Below are positions 11,031 to 23,359 of a DNA stretch of 64,000 bases, piece after piece; position 1 is the first letter of the stretch, and each line of letters starts with the position of its first letter. A program made the translations under genes and the position numbers. Source of the DNA: Marsupella aquatica (Eukaryota > Plantae > Marchantiophyta); the NCBI GenBank assembly GCA_973895155.1, contig OZ316898.1, positions 19,665,292 to 19,729,291 on the forward strand, in the 5' to 3' direction. The notes beneath the pieces are model-generated. The model was not told the DNA's origin, did not search any database, and saw only the letters and a list, made by a program, of their open reading frames with translations.

Positions 11031-11609
11031 TCTTAGAAAAAGACCTCATTGTCGTAAACTCGGATGCCACCTCCTTCCCCCGCACGGAGAAGAGCAACAA
11101 TGGGATCCGGGCGGGGGAGGTGACGAGCCTTCAAATATTTCTTCTTCTCCTCTTCGCATTTGGTTCCAGCGCCACTCCCATTGTGGCTCTCTTGATTTTG
11201 CTGCTGCTGCAGGGCAGGAGGGGGAGCTCCATCATCCCGCAACAGCCCACCAAAGACCACCTTGGACAGGCTGACACCATCCGGATTACTATTGTTGTTG
11301 AGGGGCTCCTGATTACTCCCGGCACCGTCTTCCAGGAGGGCCAGCCGGTGCAAGGACTGCCGCAAACCAGAGAGGTCCATCCCGCTGGCTCTGTGCCCCG
11401 GTGAACCAGGACGGAATGCCTTCGCTCGTGGACGGGATGTGGGAGGGTGAAGAATCCGTGCTGCCGTGAATGGGCAAGCACAAGGAGAGAAGTGACCCTT
11501 CGTGTTCGGAAATGCTCTGGGCTGAGAGCTACATTATTTCCCTTTTTTTCATATTTTATTTTTCACGAAAACATTTTGGAGGGCATTCTGTAATCTGTGA
11601 ACACAGTAC

Positions 11610-12198
11610 GAGCATCTCCAACGGCCGGTGCATTTTCTGCTGATTCACCCCACCATATCACCATATCCCGCAATCTCCAAAGGTTTGGAGGTTTGACCTG
11701 TGTACTCTTAACTATCTGCAGACCGCCACATTTTCTGCTGGCAGTCTGTGGAGGGGACGAGGCCCCGATATGCATCGATGGCCGGCAGAAGCCCATGTCG
11801 CAGAATCTTGAGTCACCAAGACTGCTTTCTGCTGCAGGCATCGTGCCACAATTTGATCTTTCGAGCAGGAAACTTCCCACAAGAGAACTGTAACGAGCGA
11901 GAGGACCTTCCAGTGGCAAACTACGTGATTCTTTCAAGGACATTAGGGCGCAGGCGTCATTGTGTGAAGACGGTCAAAAGTCATTCTTTGAATGGTTGAT
12001 TGATGGTCGTAAGTGACCGTGAAGGCTCAAACCCCGGCCTGAAGGATTTCAATGTAGGATCAGAAAAAAAGGCGGTCAACTTTGGGTGACACCCAACCCA
12101 TATGGTTCAGGATTTTGGCCACTACAGGTCTCCTTTGAGAGATCGGTACTTCGACATCTCATGAACAGGATTGTGGTCTCTGACGGTTGGAGATGCCC
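11610..12198. mobile_element. PIF/Harbinger (Tourist-like) non-autonomous element
   Basis: TIRs GAGCATCTCCAAC (11610) and GTTGGAGATGCCC (ending 12198). Flanks are TAC and TAA, an imperfect TAA-type 3-bp TSD. No transposase ORF. Confidence 0.7.
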
Positions 12199-13339
12199 TA
12201 AGCGGACTGGCCAAGGTGTTTCCACTAAGTCAAGAAACCTTCCCCACTTTTGCAGTTTGTGAGTGTCATTAGCTAGTCCCCCACCAAGTCGCAGGCCGAT
12301 TTAGTCATAATCTGATGGCTCTACTTATCTCTAGGGAGATCTAGCTGTTATAATATTGGAATTTTGAGTAGAATGTTCCTAGCAGCACCGCCGCCACATC
12401 AGATAACAGTGGCCACTCTGGCAAATTCAAAAACCAACCTTAAGATTTGCCCTGGAAGCGATCTTGGAGATGGCGCTTTGTGGATGTCTCTCGTATCTGT
12501 CGTTTTTCTGCAACCTCTCAGCAGTTTCCGAATAATGCGCGTGGATTTGTCCACAGTTGGCAGTGGAGCATGCATGCTTCTAGGTGTTCAGCATCCTCTT
12601 CATGAAATTCTCCGTCAGCCGCTTTAGCAAAAAGTTCTCATGTTCCCAATTCAATTGGTCGCCACAAATCTTTCAGGGTCGATCTGGTCGCCCAGAATGG
12701 AGTTTCCTTGCACCTTCCAGTAATAAGATGTCCACCTGGGATCACATGGAATTGGAATGGGTTTGGAAGCAGAAGAGCCTGTTTAGCTACGGTGAATGCA
12801 TTTATGGGCTGACATAATAAAATGTAATTGTAGCTTAGAAACATTGTGTATCTTCTTCTCCACTTTTTCCTCTACTCGCAATGATCTTCCAAATTTATTA
12901 AAGCTCGAAACAAACAAGAGATTGTGAGCCATAGACCACAACAGGTTCGATGAAGATCTCTGTGTGATGTTGTTTCTGCTTTGAAAAGCTGAAAGTTGGA
13001 AAGTCCACAAGCACTTGGTGAAATCATCTCAATTCATGATTATGAACAAGAATGCAATGAGTTGATTTCAAAATATGCGCTCAGATTGACAGAGAACCGC
13101 GTGAATCCCCTGAGATCATCGTTCTGAGCCCAGACTTGTCCGAAAGCTACGGTCTAACCTGCGGTCGACTTGCGGCCTTTGTCCTAAAATTGAACTTAAG
13201 TCCGTGATAGCTCTCTGAGGGATTTAGTTTTATAAACCCGCTTTGAAGTGGGGTTGACAGATTCATGATCACACTTTTCCAGCCGATTATGGAGCACAGA
13301 GCAGCGATCGACTTTTGGTTTGGTCTCAACTAGCTGGCT

Positions 13340-14812
13340 TCACGGCGGTACAGTAGAGACAGGTTCAACAGTAGGCAACGACTCTGTGGCCGACGAAGGA
13401 GCAGTGGGCTGGATTGCATCACCGAAATGCTTGCTGGGAGTGTACTTTGGTGGCGCCACAGAGAATGATGGGTCCTCAAGCAACTCATTGGAGTCCTTAA
13501 CAGCGCAGTGAGTGACAAACGCAGCCGAGACACAGCCAAAGGTGAGCAAGGCCCAGTTAATAATGAGCTCATTCATGAATGACACCCTTTTCGCATCCAC
13601 CTGACCTGCTAGAGCTGCACCAGCGTTCTGGACGGCCTTGTAAAATCCCGAGAACTGAGCAGCTTTGCGAGTGTCATTGGTGAGAGCCCCCATGATCCAG
13701 TAGCAGTAGGTCTGCCACACAGCATCAAAGAAGCCGTAGCAAGTGTACAGAACAAAAGGCCCCCAATACCGATGTGTCTCTCTCAGGTCTATCTTGTTTG
13801 CGTCGTCGAGATTGTGCACAGAGTGACGGCTGAATGTTCTCTGGTATGCATAGCCTCCTCCCCAAACAGTAGTGGAAATGACCAGGAGAGTTAGCAGGCC
13901 GACCTGAGCTCTGCTCCTCCTACTCTTGGAGATAAATTGGGAATCCAGAAAGTTCCCCATGAGGTTGGAGCCAAAGATCTGAGCCGTCCAATAGAATGTC
14001 CCATTGAAAGCTCTCGTTCGAATGGAAAAGAGCCCTCCGCCGTTGAAGGCGTTGAATTGGTATGTGTAAAACCAGTTGGACGCCAGGAACATTGGAGCCA
14101 GAAAGATAATTTTCCAGTCCACGAACAGCCAACAGAGGTCTACGAGTTCCCTTCTAATGCTAGAGTACTTGTGCATAGATACAGGCTCACCACTGCTGCG
14201 AAAAACATTATCTGGGGAAAGGAGCGCAAGTGACAATAGAGAGCCACAGGTCATGATCACCATGAATGCCACATAGGTTGCTATTGAGACCTTTGATTTG
14301 CCGCTATTCCACTCGATGATGAGGGGAATTAAAGACCCCAGCGCTCCTCCCAAATTAAAGATGCTCCAGAAAATGCCAATGAATTTCCCCTTCTGCTTCT
14401 CCTCAGGGTATGAGATCATGATGGCTCCCTGAGCTGCCCAAAGAAATCCAGCTCCGACACCGAGAATTGCCCCAGCTGTGATTGTGAACACTGCAGAGCT
14501 CGAGAGGTATGAGCCGATGTAGAGAACGTATGTCAACCCCCCCAGGAAGAGGAGGGCTCGATGACCGAGGATGTTGAAGAGGCCCCCTGCCATCAGAGAG
14601 CAGGTAGCAAACGTCACTGCAAGTGCAGTGTTTGCGTTGTCGGTGACCTTCGTATCTGCACCTGTTTTCCCCACAGCTCCCAACCCATTGATAGCGTTGA
14701 ACATCCCAGGGCAACAGAAGCAAACCAGCCCCAGTACAGTAATTTGCGCCATAGGGCTGTTGTACCTCCATTTCATGATGCGGTTAGAATTTGTAGCAGG
14801 ACCGTCCTCCAT
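13340..14812 (-). CDS. UNC93-like major facilitator superfamily membrane protein (490 aa, intronless CDS)
   Basis: Motifs RYNSPMAQITVLGLVCFCCPGMFNA, GFLWAAQGAIMISYP, FWSIFNLGG, ASNWFYTYQFN and GFYKAVQNAGAA, plus about 12 hydrophobic segments. First in-frame ATG at 14812. Confidence 0.93.
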   Translation of the reverse strand: MEDGPATNSNRIMKWRYNSPMAQITVLGLVCFCCPGMFNAINGLGAVGKTGADTKVTDNANTALAVTFATCSLMAGGLFNILGHRALLFLGGLTYVLYIGSYLSSSAVFTITAGAILGVGAGFLWAAQGAIMISYPEEKQKGKFIGIFWSIFNLGGALGSLIPLIIEWNSGKSKVSIATYVAFMVIMTCGSLLSLALLSPDNVFRSSGEPVSMHKYSSIRRELVDLCWLFVDWKIIFLAPMFLASNWFYTYQFNAFNGGGLFSIRTRAFNGTFYWTAQIFGSNLMGNFLDSQFISKSRRSRAQVGLLTLLVISTTVWGGGYAYQRTFSRHSVHNLDDANKIDLRETHRYWGPFVLYTCYGFFDAVWQTYCYWIMGALTNDTRKAAQFSGFYKAVQNAGAALAGQVDAKRVSFMNELIINWALLTFGCVSAAFVTHCAVKDSNELLEDPSFSVAPPKYTPSKHFGDAIQPTAPSSATESLPTVEPVSTVPP

Positions 14813-17109
14813 TGTAAAAGTCTTTTCTTCTTCCCACTCTATATCAAATTCAGAGGCCCTATTTCCTGTCTTTTCTCTCTGCAACGTAACCAGCAGCGGT
14901 ACGAGACGATTAGTGACAAAGTCAAACTGCAAATTCCCGAGCTAGTGAGGGCTCTAGAGGAAAAATAGTTTCTTCATTCCTTCCGTCTGTCCGTCCACAG
15001 TCTTACAAAAAATACTCAAAAATCTAGTTTCTATGATACAGGACGCAGCGCCCAACACAGATTGCAGAGAGGTAGCAACAAAGATTTATTTATATTGGAA
15101 AAAACCCCTCGACTCCAACAGACGACAACGCCAGACATTCAACATCAAGCATTTTTGTTACGCAGACACAGAAAATCTTCTCCTGAATGAACACTTCTAC
15201 TCCAGTAAATACGAACACTGGAGGAACCGCAGTTGAAATTGAAAAACAGGGTGCAACGGCATCGGACAATTCTCGAACAATTCTCGAACCTCTCAAAGAG
15301 CGCTCGCAATGGCGTCCGATCGAGATCCACATCTGGGTTCCAGCCGTCGGTCGCGCAGTACATTCGATCGTAGCTGAAATCGGGGTCATCTCCAGCCACA
15401 ACAACAACATCAGCTACAACGAAATGATGACAGAGCCATAACCCCTAGCCTGCTCTGTTCTCGTCTTGGCCGAGCGCAAAGCCTCGTCGCTCGGCTGATT
15501 CTCTTGGTACTAGTGTAATGTAGCTAAGCCTCAGCTCAGCAAGCACAGTGTATAGGCCAGGCACGTCGGAATGTACATACTCCTGAAGGGAACAATGACG
15601 TGATTTCTGCCAGTGTATAGGCCAGGTGCAGCTAATATCTTCTTCGTTCACCTACAAAGGTGTTGCGATACCTACAGTGCATGGACGAAGGGCAATGGTA
15701 AGTGATTTTTAAAAAATTGAGGATGAACGAATGAATTGATTTAAAGGCGATCGGTACCCGAATGGGCCCTGTGCAGGGAGCCATGTTCAAGTGCACGGAC
15801 ACAACTAGCATATATATGGTTGCACATGGTTGCACAGAAAGGGAATGTACGAACTAAATAAGCTGCTTAGGCCACTACCGACCAACACCAAAGAGCAAAG
15901 AGGGGACAAATTTTGCTGAAGTCCACAAAAGCCTCGAGGACAACGGCCTTAGCATAAATCTAAGCAGAGAAGAGATCAAAGGAATCAAAAAAGTGTGGGT
16001 CATGGGGACTGGATCAACGGAAAGTCGAGATACATGGGACCCTACACGAAGAAGAAGGCTCGACAGCATATGCAGGATCGAAGTCGCCCAGATCACTGCC
16101 AGGGGTCAGATTCACTAACCTAAATATATCAGCTTGCATCGAGATAAAACCTGATTTGCAACTGGGAAGCGGGGATGGAAGTTTGCTATAGTAGCTTCCG
16201 AGAAGATGAATCTATTTAGGACGGGGCCCCCATCTTCTACTTCCTCAAATCCTTAGAATTTGCTAAACTTACGAGATCAGGGAGAAAATAATCTGATGGA
16301 GCGTTACTCAGAACGACGTACTCAGACCACAAGATCCGAAATGTAACAGACTTCCAATAGCTTTTCGAAGCAGAGCAAAATGACAGCAAATGCATGAGTC
16401 GTTCTGCTGCTGTATGAAATTGAAAGCCCACTGAGGGCCAGTCCTGTAATGAGACTGGAATTGGTACCGAGACTTGCATGAGTACAGTACCCTTTGTGAA
16501 ACTCAAAATTGAAGTGGTCGTCATCACGAAGTTCCCCCAGATCACAGTGCTTTCAAAATCTCTCTAAATTGAGTATCACCCTCGGGAAAGAAAGGAGTAT
16601 TGACCAACCAGAAACAGGTGGACCAGAAAACCAGTAGAGCAAGTTAGCTGAGCAGCAATTTCAAGGGCCCAACAGATTGAAGCCAACCGGACTGGAAATC
16701 AATTCTCTCCCTAAGTCATTGAGTTGTCCAAGGCTGCTGCAATTCTGACTTCTTACGTAGAAACAGCCAAGATTGGGGTCAATTGACAACCAACTTCAGC
16801 GGCTCACAGAACTGCTTCACGGACACAGAAAGAAATGCTAATAAAAGGAAGACTAGTGAAGCATTCAAGTGAAATAAAGAGGGAGACAGATTCATTACCA
16901 GCTATTTGATAGATGACCGATGCGGATGTCCGTTTCGTAGAAAACTCTTCTTCGACACCTTGTGAATGCTCCACTGCACCTCGACAATGCCACCAGCTCA
17001 CAAGATCCGTTACCACGAGGAAAATTTTCCAAGGACCTAGCCCTAGTCTGGTATGTACCATGCATGGGCAGACGCAAAATCTGCTGCTTGATATCAGGGA
17101 TAACGTCAC

Positions 17110-17740
17110 CATGATTGAGTTTCAGCCTCCATGATTGAGTTTTAGCCTCAGCATCGTGTAATCAGCCTCGTCAAATTGTTATTAGATCTGGTTCCTTTAT
17201 TAGACTGTCCATACGGTGCAGCCTCATGTTGCATGGCACTGTTGACAATTGAATCCAGAATCCACAACAAACAGGCATTAAATCTAGAATCCACAACAAA
17301 CAAGCATTAAATCTAGAATGCCTTAGTTAATGCTCCCCATTTTCTTGGGGTCCTTACACTGCCCATCCTAGTCCCCCATGTTGCTGCCTCATCCTAGTCC
17401 CCCATGTTGCTGCCTGCTCCGGTTTAAGTTTGCCAAAACATAAACCAAGAATATCATTATATCACCAGTTTTGGTCTGATCAACTTTGTGCCATCAACTT
17501 TGCCGCTGCTTGTTCCGGTTTAAGTTTGCCAAAACATAAACCCAGACTATCATTTTGTCACAAGCTCTGGCTTGATCAACTTTGTGCCATCGATTTTAAG
17601 TTTTGGTTCCGGCACCTTTCACTAAGATCCTGGAATGTTGATTGTTGTTGTCAGGGACTGGGACGGGCAGTCAAATTTGTTTTGACTGGACCTCATTTCA
17701 GAGGGTATCCCCAGAAGAAGGACCTCATTTCAGAGGGTAA
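17110..17740. repeat. Cluster of short direct duplications (20, 29, 26, ~97 and 20 bp units)
   Basis: CATGATTGAGTTTYAGCCTC x2; AGAATCCACAACAAACARGCATTAAATCT x2; CATCCTAGTCCCCCATGTTGCTGCCT x2; CCGGTTTAAGTTTGCCAAAACATAAACC...GATCAACTTTGTGCCATC x2; GGACCTCATTTCAGAGGGTA x2. Confidence 0.85.
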
Positions 17741-18083
17741 AGCACCTGCAGTCAAAAAATGTGAATGTCCTCTTAAAAATACTCTGGAGATGGCCAATTA
17801 CTTTTCTCATATTTTAAGATGAGTCACAAAAACGGTTATCTTCAACAGAAAGTTGGCTACCTCACTGGAATTACACCAACTGATACAGGATCGGATCAAT
17901 CCTACGGTAGCCACAAGGCAAAAATGGTCGAGTGATGATTAAACCTTCCCTCATACCCTGTCTGGCCGCCTTTGTATTATTTTATTTGTTTTATTAGCAT
18001 AATAAAATGTTTCAGTTGTCCCCAACAACAACAAAAATGATGCTCCCATGGACCCTAGACAGAAACCATACAATTGGGATGGA

Positions 18084-18170
18084 CTAAGTGAGAATATTCC
18101 CTAAGTGAGAATATTCCCTAATTGAGAATATTCCCTAATTGAGAATATTCCCTAATTGAGAATATTCCCT
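18084..18170. repeat. 17-bp minisatellite x5, each unit containing palindromic GAATATTC (P1BS GNATATNC / HSE nGAAnnTTCn)
   Basis: CTAA(G/T)TGAGAATATTCC units at 18084, 18101, 18118, 18135 and 18152, about 620-710 bp upstream of the ATG at 18792. Confidence 0.9.
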
Positions 18171-18791
18171 GTCACATTGTGAGTACAATGCAGTCCATCT
18201 GAGTTGCAAAAATCCATGAGAGCATTTTGACAAACCTAGAGGTCTATTTGAGCTTCATTTTCCAACAACCAACCACCCCTCGAAAACAACAAAAATTATA
18301 TATGTAATTATCATTGTATATACAAAATAGACCATGACTCTAGGACCCACCAAAGCTTATGTGGATGGAAAAACATGTGGGCTCAGATAATATGCATATC
18401 ATTATTTCATTAATATTCAAAGAATGGGCATTGAGTCTCCTTGACCCTAATAGTGGGTCACATAATTATGGGGCTTGAGATGCAGATACTCCTATACTAG
18501 TTAATGCAAACTGTTGCAAATAGATTGAGAAACCAAATCTCTAATATACCTCAATGTTGGACAATATATTGGAATGAACACGTGCAAACTTCGTGGACCA
18601 CTCTAAAAGGTTACCTTACTTGTCCAGCGATATGCAAAGCTTTATGCACTTTCAATCGGTTTCTCTTACCCTCGAGAAAGTGAGATCTTCCTTTGTATCC
18701 TCGCACAGATCTCTGTTTAGTAGAGTACATGAAGCACATTGATCAAAAGAACTATCATGCGATTGAGGTTCGGAACAGAGGAGTCTAGGAA

Positions 18792-21700
18792 ATGGCGTCG
18801 ACAACACTTTCGCCTTCTTCAACGCTCAGTGCTATCACGAGAGTTTCCTCGGCTCCGGTTGAGGATTTCAAGGAGCCTGCCTCTCCTGCTGCACCTTCAA
18901 CCCAACCTGAGTTTTTGACCAATCTCTTGCACGCTGTGCTCTCGAGTGGTGGTAGCCTGGAGTGCCCCCTTCCTGCTGAGTTCTGTGCAGCCCTTCTGCG
19001 AGACGACGATGGTGGACCCACCGGTGAAGTTCGTTCCTTTTCGGACCATGTTCTGGAATCTGCTCCTTTGGTGCGCTCTGCATTTTATTTGAGAACCGCA
19101 TTTGGGATGTGAATCAGTTGCTGCATCTTGGGGAACGAGATTTACTCTCGGATGTGGAATTTGGTTTCTCGCATTTGCTCCTCTGATCCCCTGTTTTGCC
19201 GGGTCTCATCTAATAAAATAGCAGGGCAGATTGCTGCCCAGTAGCTTAACTTCAATCGTGGAATTTCTGTCTATCACTTCGACTGTAGGAATTTTATGTG
19301 CCTTCTGTCAATGTCTAGCTGGCTAATTTGTGTCTTGGTCTGATACATGGCTCGTAGCGTTTCTTTCATAGTGTTTCATTTTCAGGAACGCTTTTGGTAC
19401 ATTTACAATTACATTAAGTTCAGTTTCATGCAATGAGTACGCCAAAAGGGTTTTTTTTGGGAAGAAAGATATGCTGTGGAAAGGTTCACTTTGAGTGTTT
19501 GGAACCATAAAATGCAGAAAGGTTGTTGAGGAGAGTACAAGAAATTTGATTGTCGAGAGAGTTTGATTTGTTATTTTCTAACCTTGCAGGTAGGGTAGAC
19601 ATATCTCTGTCGGAAGGAGTACCATCGTACCCTCTTTATAAACATTTGGCTCGGGCGCTTAGTGAGTGGATAGTGACTGGTGGATTCCCACGGGCAATGG
19701 AACCCATGCCTGGGATCGCCGAGAATCAAGAGCGGAAAGTGAAGATAGACACGTGGACTCCGAAAGTTTTGGAAATTGGATCTTCTCTCCTAGAGGTAGG
19801 TCTCACTGATGAGTGGAACCAATTTTTCTCGAGAAATTGTCATCTGTTCATAATTCAGTTGTGTCCAAGCTATTGAGTAAGAATCTGCTTTCGATGGGAA
19901 AGGAATCTAGTGTCCTTGAAAACCCTATAGCTCCAACTGTAGGGATAGCGCTGATAAACATTTCAGGTTTTCGGATTAATGAGTTCGAGCTAGCCAAACA
20001 CCCGGGAGACAGTAGATACTACCCTCATTGATCTCAACATCAGGAGCATAATTCCTCATGGGTTGTGTCCCATTTTTCAGCTCGGCCAAAGAGTGGGTTT
20101 CCAGCTCCACGTTCAAGAACCGTATTTTTCTCAACTTAAAGGTATTGAACAATCCCCTCGAAAGCGTTTAGCAGTCTATTTGGAGTTATTCTGGCAGATT
20201 AAAACTGATGGTGATTGCATTGGTTTTAGTCAGGGATTACAAATCTTGGTACCCTTGGTGAACAAGGTCCAGTTTAGGTCCCCAGAAAATTGCACAAAAT
20301 GAAAGGGTGGCTGGGGCCGCTTTTAATCTCCATACATCCGGATGAATTTATTAAAAATGGTCCAATCATTAGCTGAGCATATCCGCCGATATCCATGTAC
20401 ATCCCGAAAGTGCGAAACAAATGACAAGTAGTCAATGAGCGTGGTTATAGTGTGTTTTTCTTCCAACTGTCTTGTGCCTCATAGGGATAGAGAGAACAGC
20501 GAGATTGTTCACACTCCCATCTTGCGTAGGACTCATCAGTGAGATAGGGTAAAAATATAAGTAGATGGGAACCAATCTCAATGACAGGCTTATTCCAGAA
20601 ATGAGTTGTAACATACAAACTTTCGCACGATGGTGATCACGCTTACATAAGATCTGTTAGAACTTTCGATACTCATCCACTGTTTCTATTGGCTTTGTTT
20701 GTAGCTGGTACAAAAACTGTGGAAGGACGGTGTGCCACCGGGGCATATAATACGTATCTGTGACTGACTGTCAAATCTACCTTCAGATTTTCTACCTTGT
20801 TTGGGAAGATGTGTTCTAACTTAGGAACTTTCTGTCCATTTTCTAAGTTTTTGAACGTGAGTTGTGTAGAATTCAAGCCGGGGACACACTTCTTTTCAAT
20901 CAATCACTCCTATTCAAAGTTGAGGTATAACCTCTCACGATTGTAGGCTATATACTGTTTCAATTGCAAGTCCTCAGCAATATTTCAATAACCAATTGTG
21001 CTCTGAAGCGCCTGACCTCTCCTGAAGCTTATATGGTGGATGTTTGGGAAGAAATTATCAACTCAGTGTATCCTTCACAGGGGATCCTGATCCTTCTATT
21101 TGGTTTGGCAGGATGTGAAAAGATATGCTACTTTCCAGCAGATGCTCGAAGTGGAGGGTCTCAGTGCTGTTCTTCCAGGAGTTGCATCCATTGGTGAAGG
21201 TTAGAACTCGCGATACCTGCTTTCTACCCTCGGACCAGCAATGTGTCTCGAGATTTCTGTAAACGGATAGAAATGCTACTTTTGTTGTTTGTACAAGAGA
21301 TCCCTATCAAGAGAGAGCTGTTGACAGGTCTCTTTGTGTTTTCATCCACAATTCGGTCCTTTTGTCTTATGACAACAATCTTCTAACTGTATCTTCACTT
21401 CAGGTGTCCAAGTCTACAGGGCATTTTACTCCGAGGCAAGAGAACAAGATGGTGTACTGGGCATACACGTCTGCCACCCTTCAGAGCTAAGGCAGCCATT
21501 TGAACTAATCTACGATTTACTGAAGGTAAGTGGACAAAATGAACCGATATCAAGCTCATTTGAAATGCTTCTGTTTACCTGGAAGTATGTGTAGCGATGT
21601 GTTGAAATTATGGAATTCTCTTCCTTGTTTAAGTTGTGAAGAGGCTTCTTCCTGAAAGCTTGGTTATTTGATTGCAGACAAGTTTGTCTCTGTTCTTGTA

Positions 21701-22663
21701 CCACCACATCGTTCTATGTCCACAACCTACTGTTAACAAGGGACTGATTCTGACTGCTCTCATATAACCTGTTCATTGGCATGCGAGTGCAAGACCCAGA
21801 CGCTAAGATGTCACGTGTCTTTTGTACCAGGAGCTTCATGTTGAAGGTGTGAGGACTTTGTTGGGTATGCGAACCACTATGGGTTCCATTGACGATATTC
21901 TTCCACCTCCAACATCAGCCCTTTTGTCCTCATTCTTGTACATTCAACATGAAACGGTAAATGCTCTATCTAATCATGTGTGGCAATGAAAATTGATGAT
22001 GGTAGTGTTGATATTTGGTATAACAAAATATAATTTATAGATGTGAATCATATGTTTGTCTTATACTTGTACTCGGGAGGTGTGGAGATCCCAGGCAGCA
22101 AGCTAACGGTTGGAGCAAGGGCATTGGCTAAACACGTGCACCGCAGTACTGATGGCTGGTGGGGCGTGTTTACAGGAACTGGTAAGCATAATGCTCTTGA
22201 GGGTTGATCAACATTGCTGAAGATTGAGTTTTGTGAGTCAGGAAATAGCTGAATAATCATGAATTTGGGTAAGGGCTGGTGAGAAGACGAGGACTGATGT
22301 TCGTTCTTTGCACTGTCTGAATAACAGAACCCTCAAAGAATGATCTAGCCTTCAAAATGATTTGTCGGATGATCGAGCGAGCCATATGGCTAAATGTACA
22401 CAGTGTCCCTATTCCTGTCTTTGAGATCCGCGTTCGAGATGGCTATGGTGCTCGCTGGTTGGCTGATGGAAGTCAGGTAAACTAATCAGAACTCTCACTC
22501 TCATCAATTTTACTACCCGGAACGAAAAAAGCTAAATGTTTCTGTATCCCACTTTTTATCCCGTTCTTGTTTGATGACCTACATTTCTGTTATCATGTCA
22601 CAGTTTCGAGGATTTCTAGAACCTCCCATGGACGAGGGATACTTGAAGAAGTGGAGACAATAG
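18792..22663 (+). CDS. Plant ASCH-domain (RNA-binding PUA-like) protein, 11 exons, ~413 aa
   Basis: Exons 18792-19023, 19590-19795, 20081-20141, 20705-20753, 20870-20924, 21112-21199, 21404-21525, 21831-21956, 22088-22181, 22328-22476 and 22604-22663 (1242 nt, frame-consistent, GT-AG; the acceptor at 22087 is weak). ASCH motifs LHVQEPYFSQLKAGTKTVEGR, IQAGDTLLFN and YATFQQMLEVEGLSAVLPG. Confidence 0.9.
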
Positions 22664-23231
22664 TGAATTAGGATGGGTGTAGCGTCTTTCAACTTCTGAA
22701 TGGTTGCATAAGTAGGAATGATTCCCCTTGTGGAAATTCAGGGACAAAGCATATATAAGGCTGGCAGTAGTTGTTTGAACAATGGTTGTAGTAGCTCTGC
22801 GGAACAAAACTGATAGTGTGAATATGTTCTCCCTTTATTTAAATGCACAGAGGTCTGACACTATTTATAACTGCAAATCCTTCATAAGAGTATACACACA
22901 CTTATCCAGTATAACCCTATCCCAAACTCGTCTTTATATGTATCTGCAATTTTCCCGTAGTATATTATGTTGCACTTAACAAGTTTTGGGTTGTCTAGTT
23001 TTACAAAGAACCTAAACCATACACTGATCCATACAAAGCATAAACCTTATCCTAAAGATCCTAAAGTCTAATCTGAGGGTTTGTGATATGTCCATAGTGT
23101 ATTGGCTGCAATAAGGACTGTCTTGCATGTGATGGTCCTTGCACTTCCGGCCCTCAACATTCCCTATTATCCCAGCGTAAAGCAATTTTGTTTCTCCACA
23201 GGATCTGTTCAAATGCGAGGTGTGAAGTTCA

Positions 23232-23359
23232 CATGCCCTTAGACTACTATCGGTGGATGTTATTGGACATCAGAATTTTCTCATGAGAGCATCTCCATGC
23301 CCTTAGACTACTATGGGTGGATGTTATTGGACATCAGAATTTTCTCATGAGAGCATCTC
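23232..23359. repeat. 64-bp tandem duplication that copies a MITE left TIR
   Basis: CATGCCCTTAGACTACTATSGGTGGATGTTATTGGACATCAGAATTTTCTCATGAGAGCATCTC x2. Confidence 0.9.

Noticed and set aside
14813-14932. 40-aa N-terminal extension of the UNC93-like ORF (likewise 62822-62896 for SSB)
   Set aside because: The ORF track starts at TTG, whereas eukaryotic initiation is expected at the first ATG (14812 and 62897).
13920-14968. Multiple antisense and alternate-frame ORFs over the UNC93-like gene (likewise over the SULTR, LRR and SSB genes)
   Set aside because: Shadow ORFs of real coding sequence with no independent support.
17930-18050. C/D snoRNA from a GTGATGA box
   Set aside because: No D box (CTGA) or terminal stem at a suitable distance.
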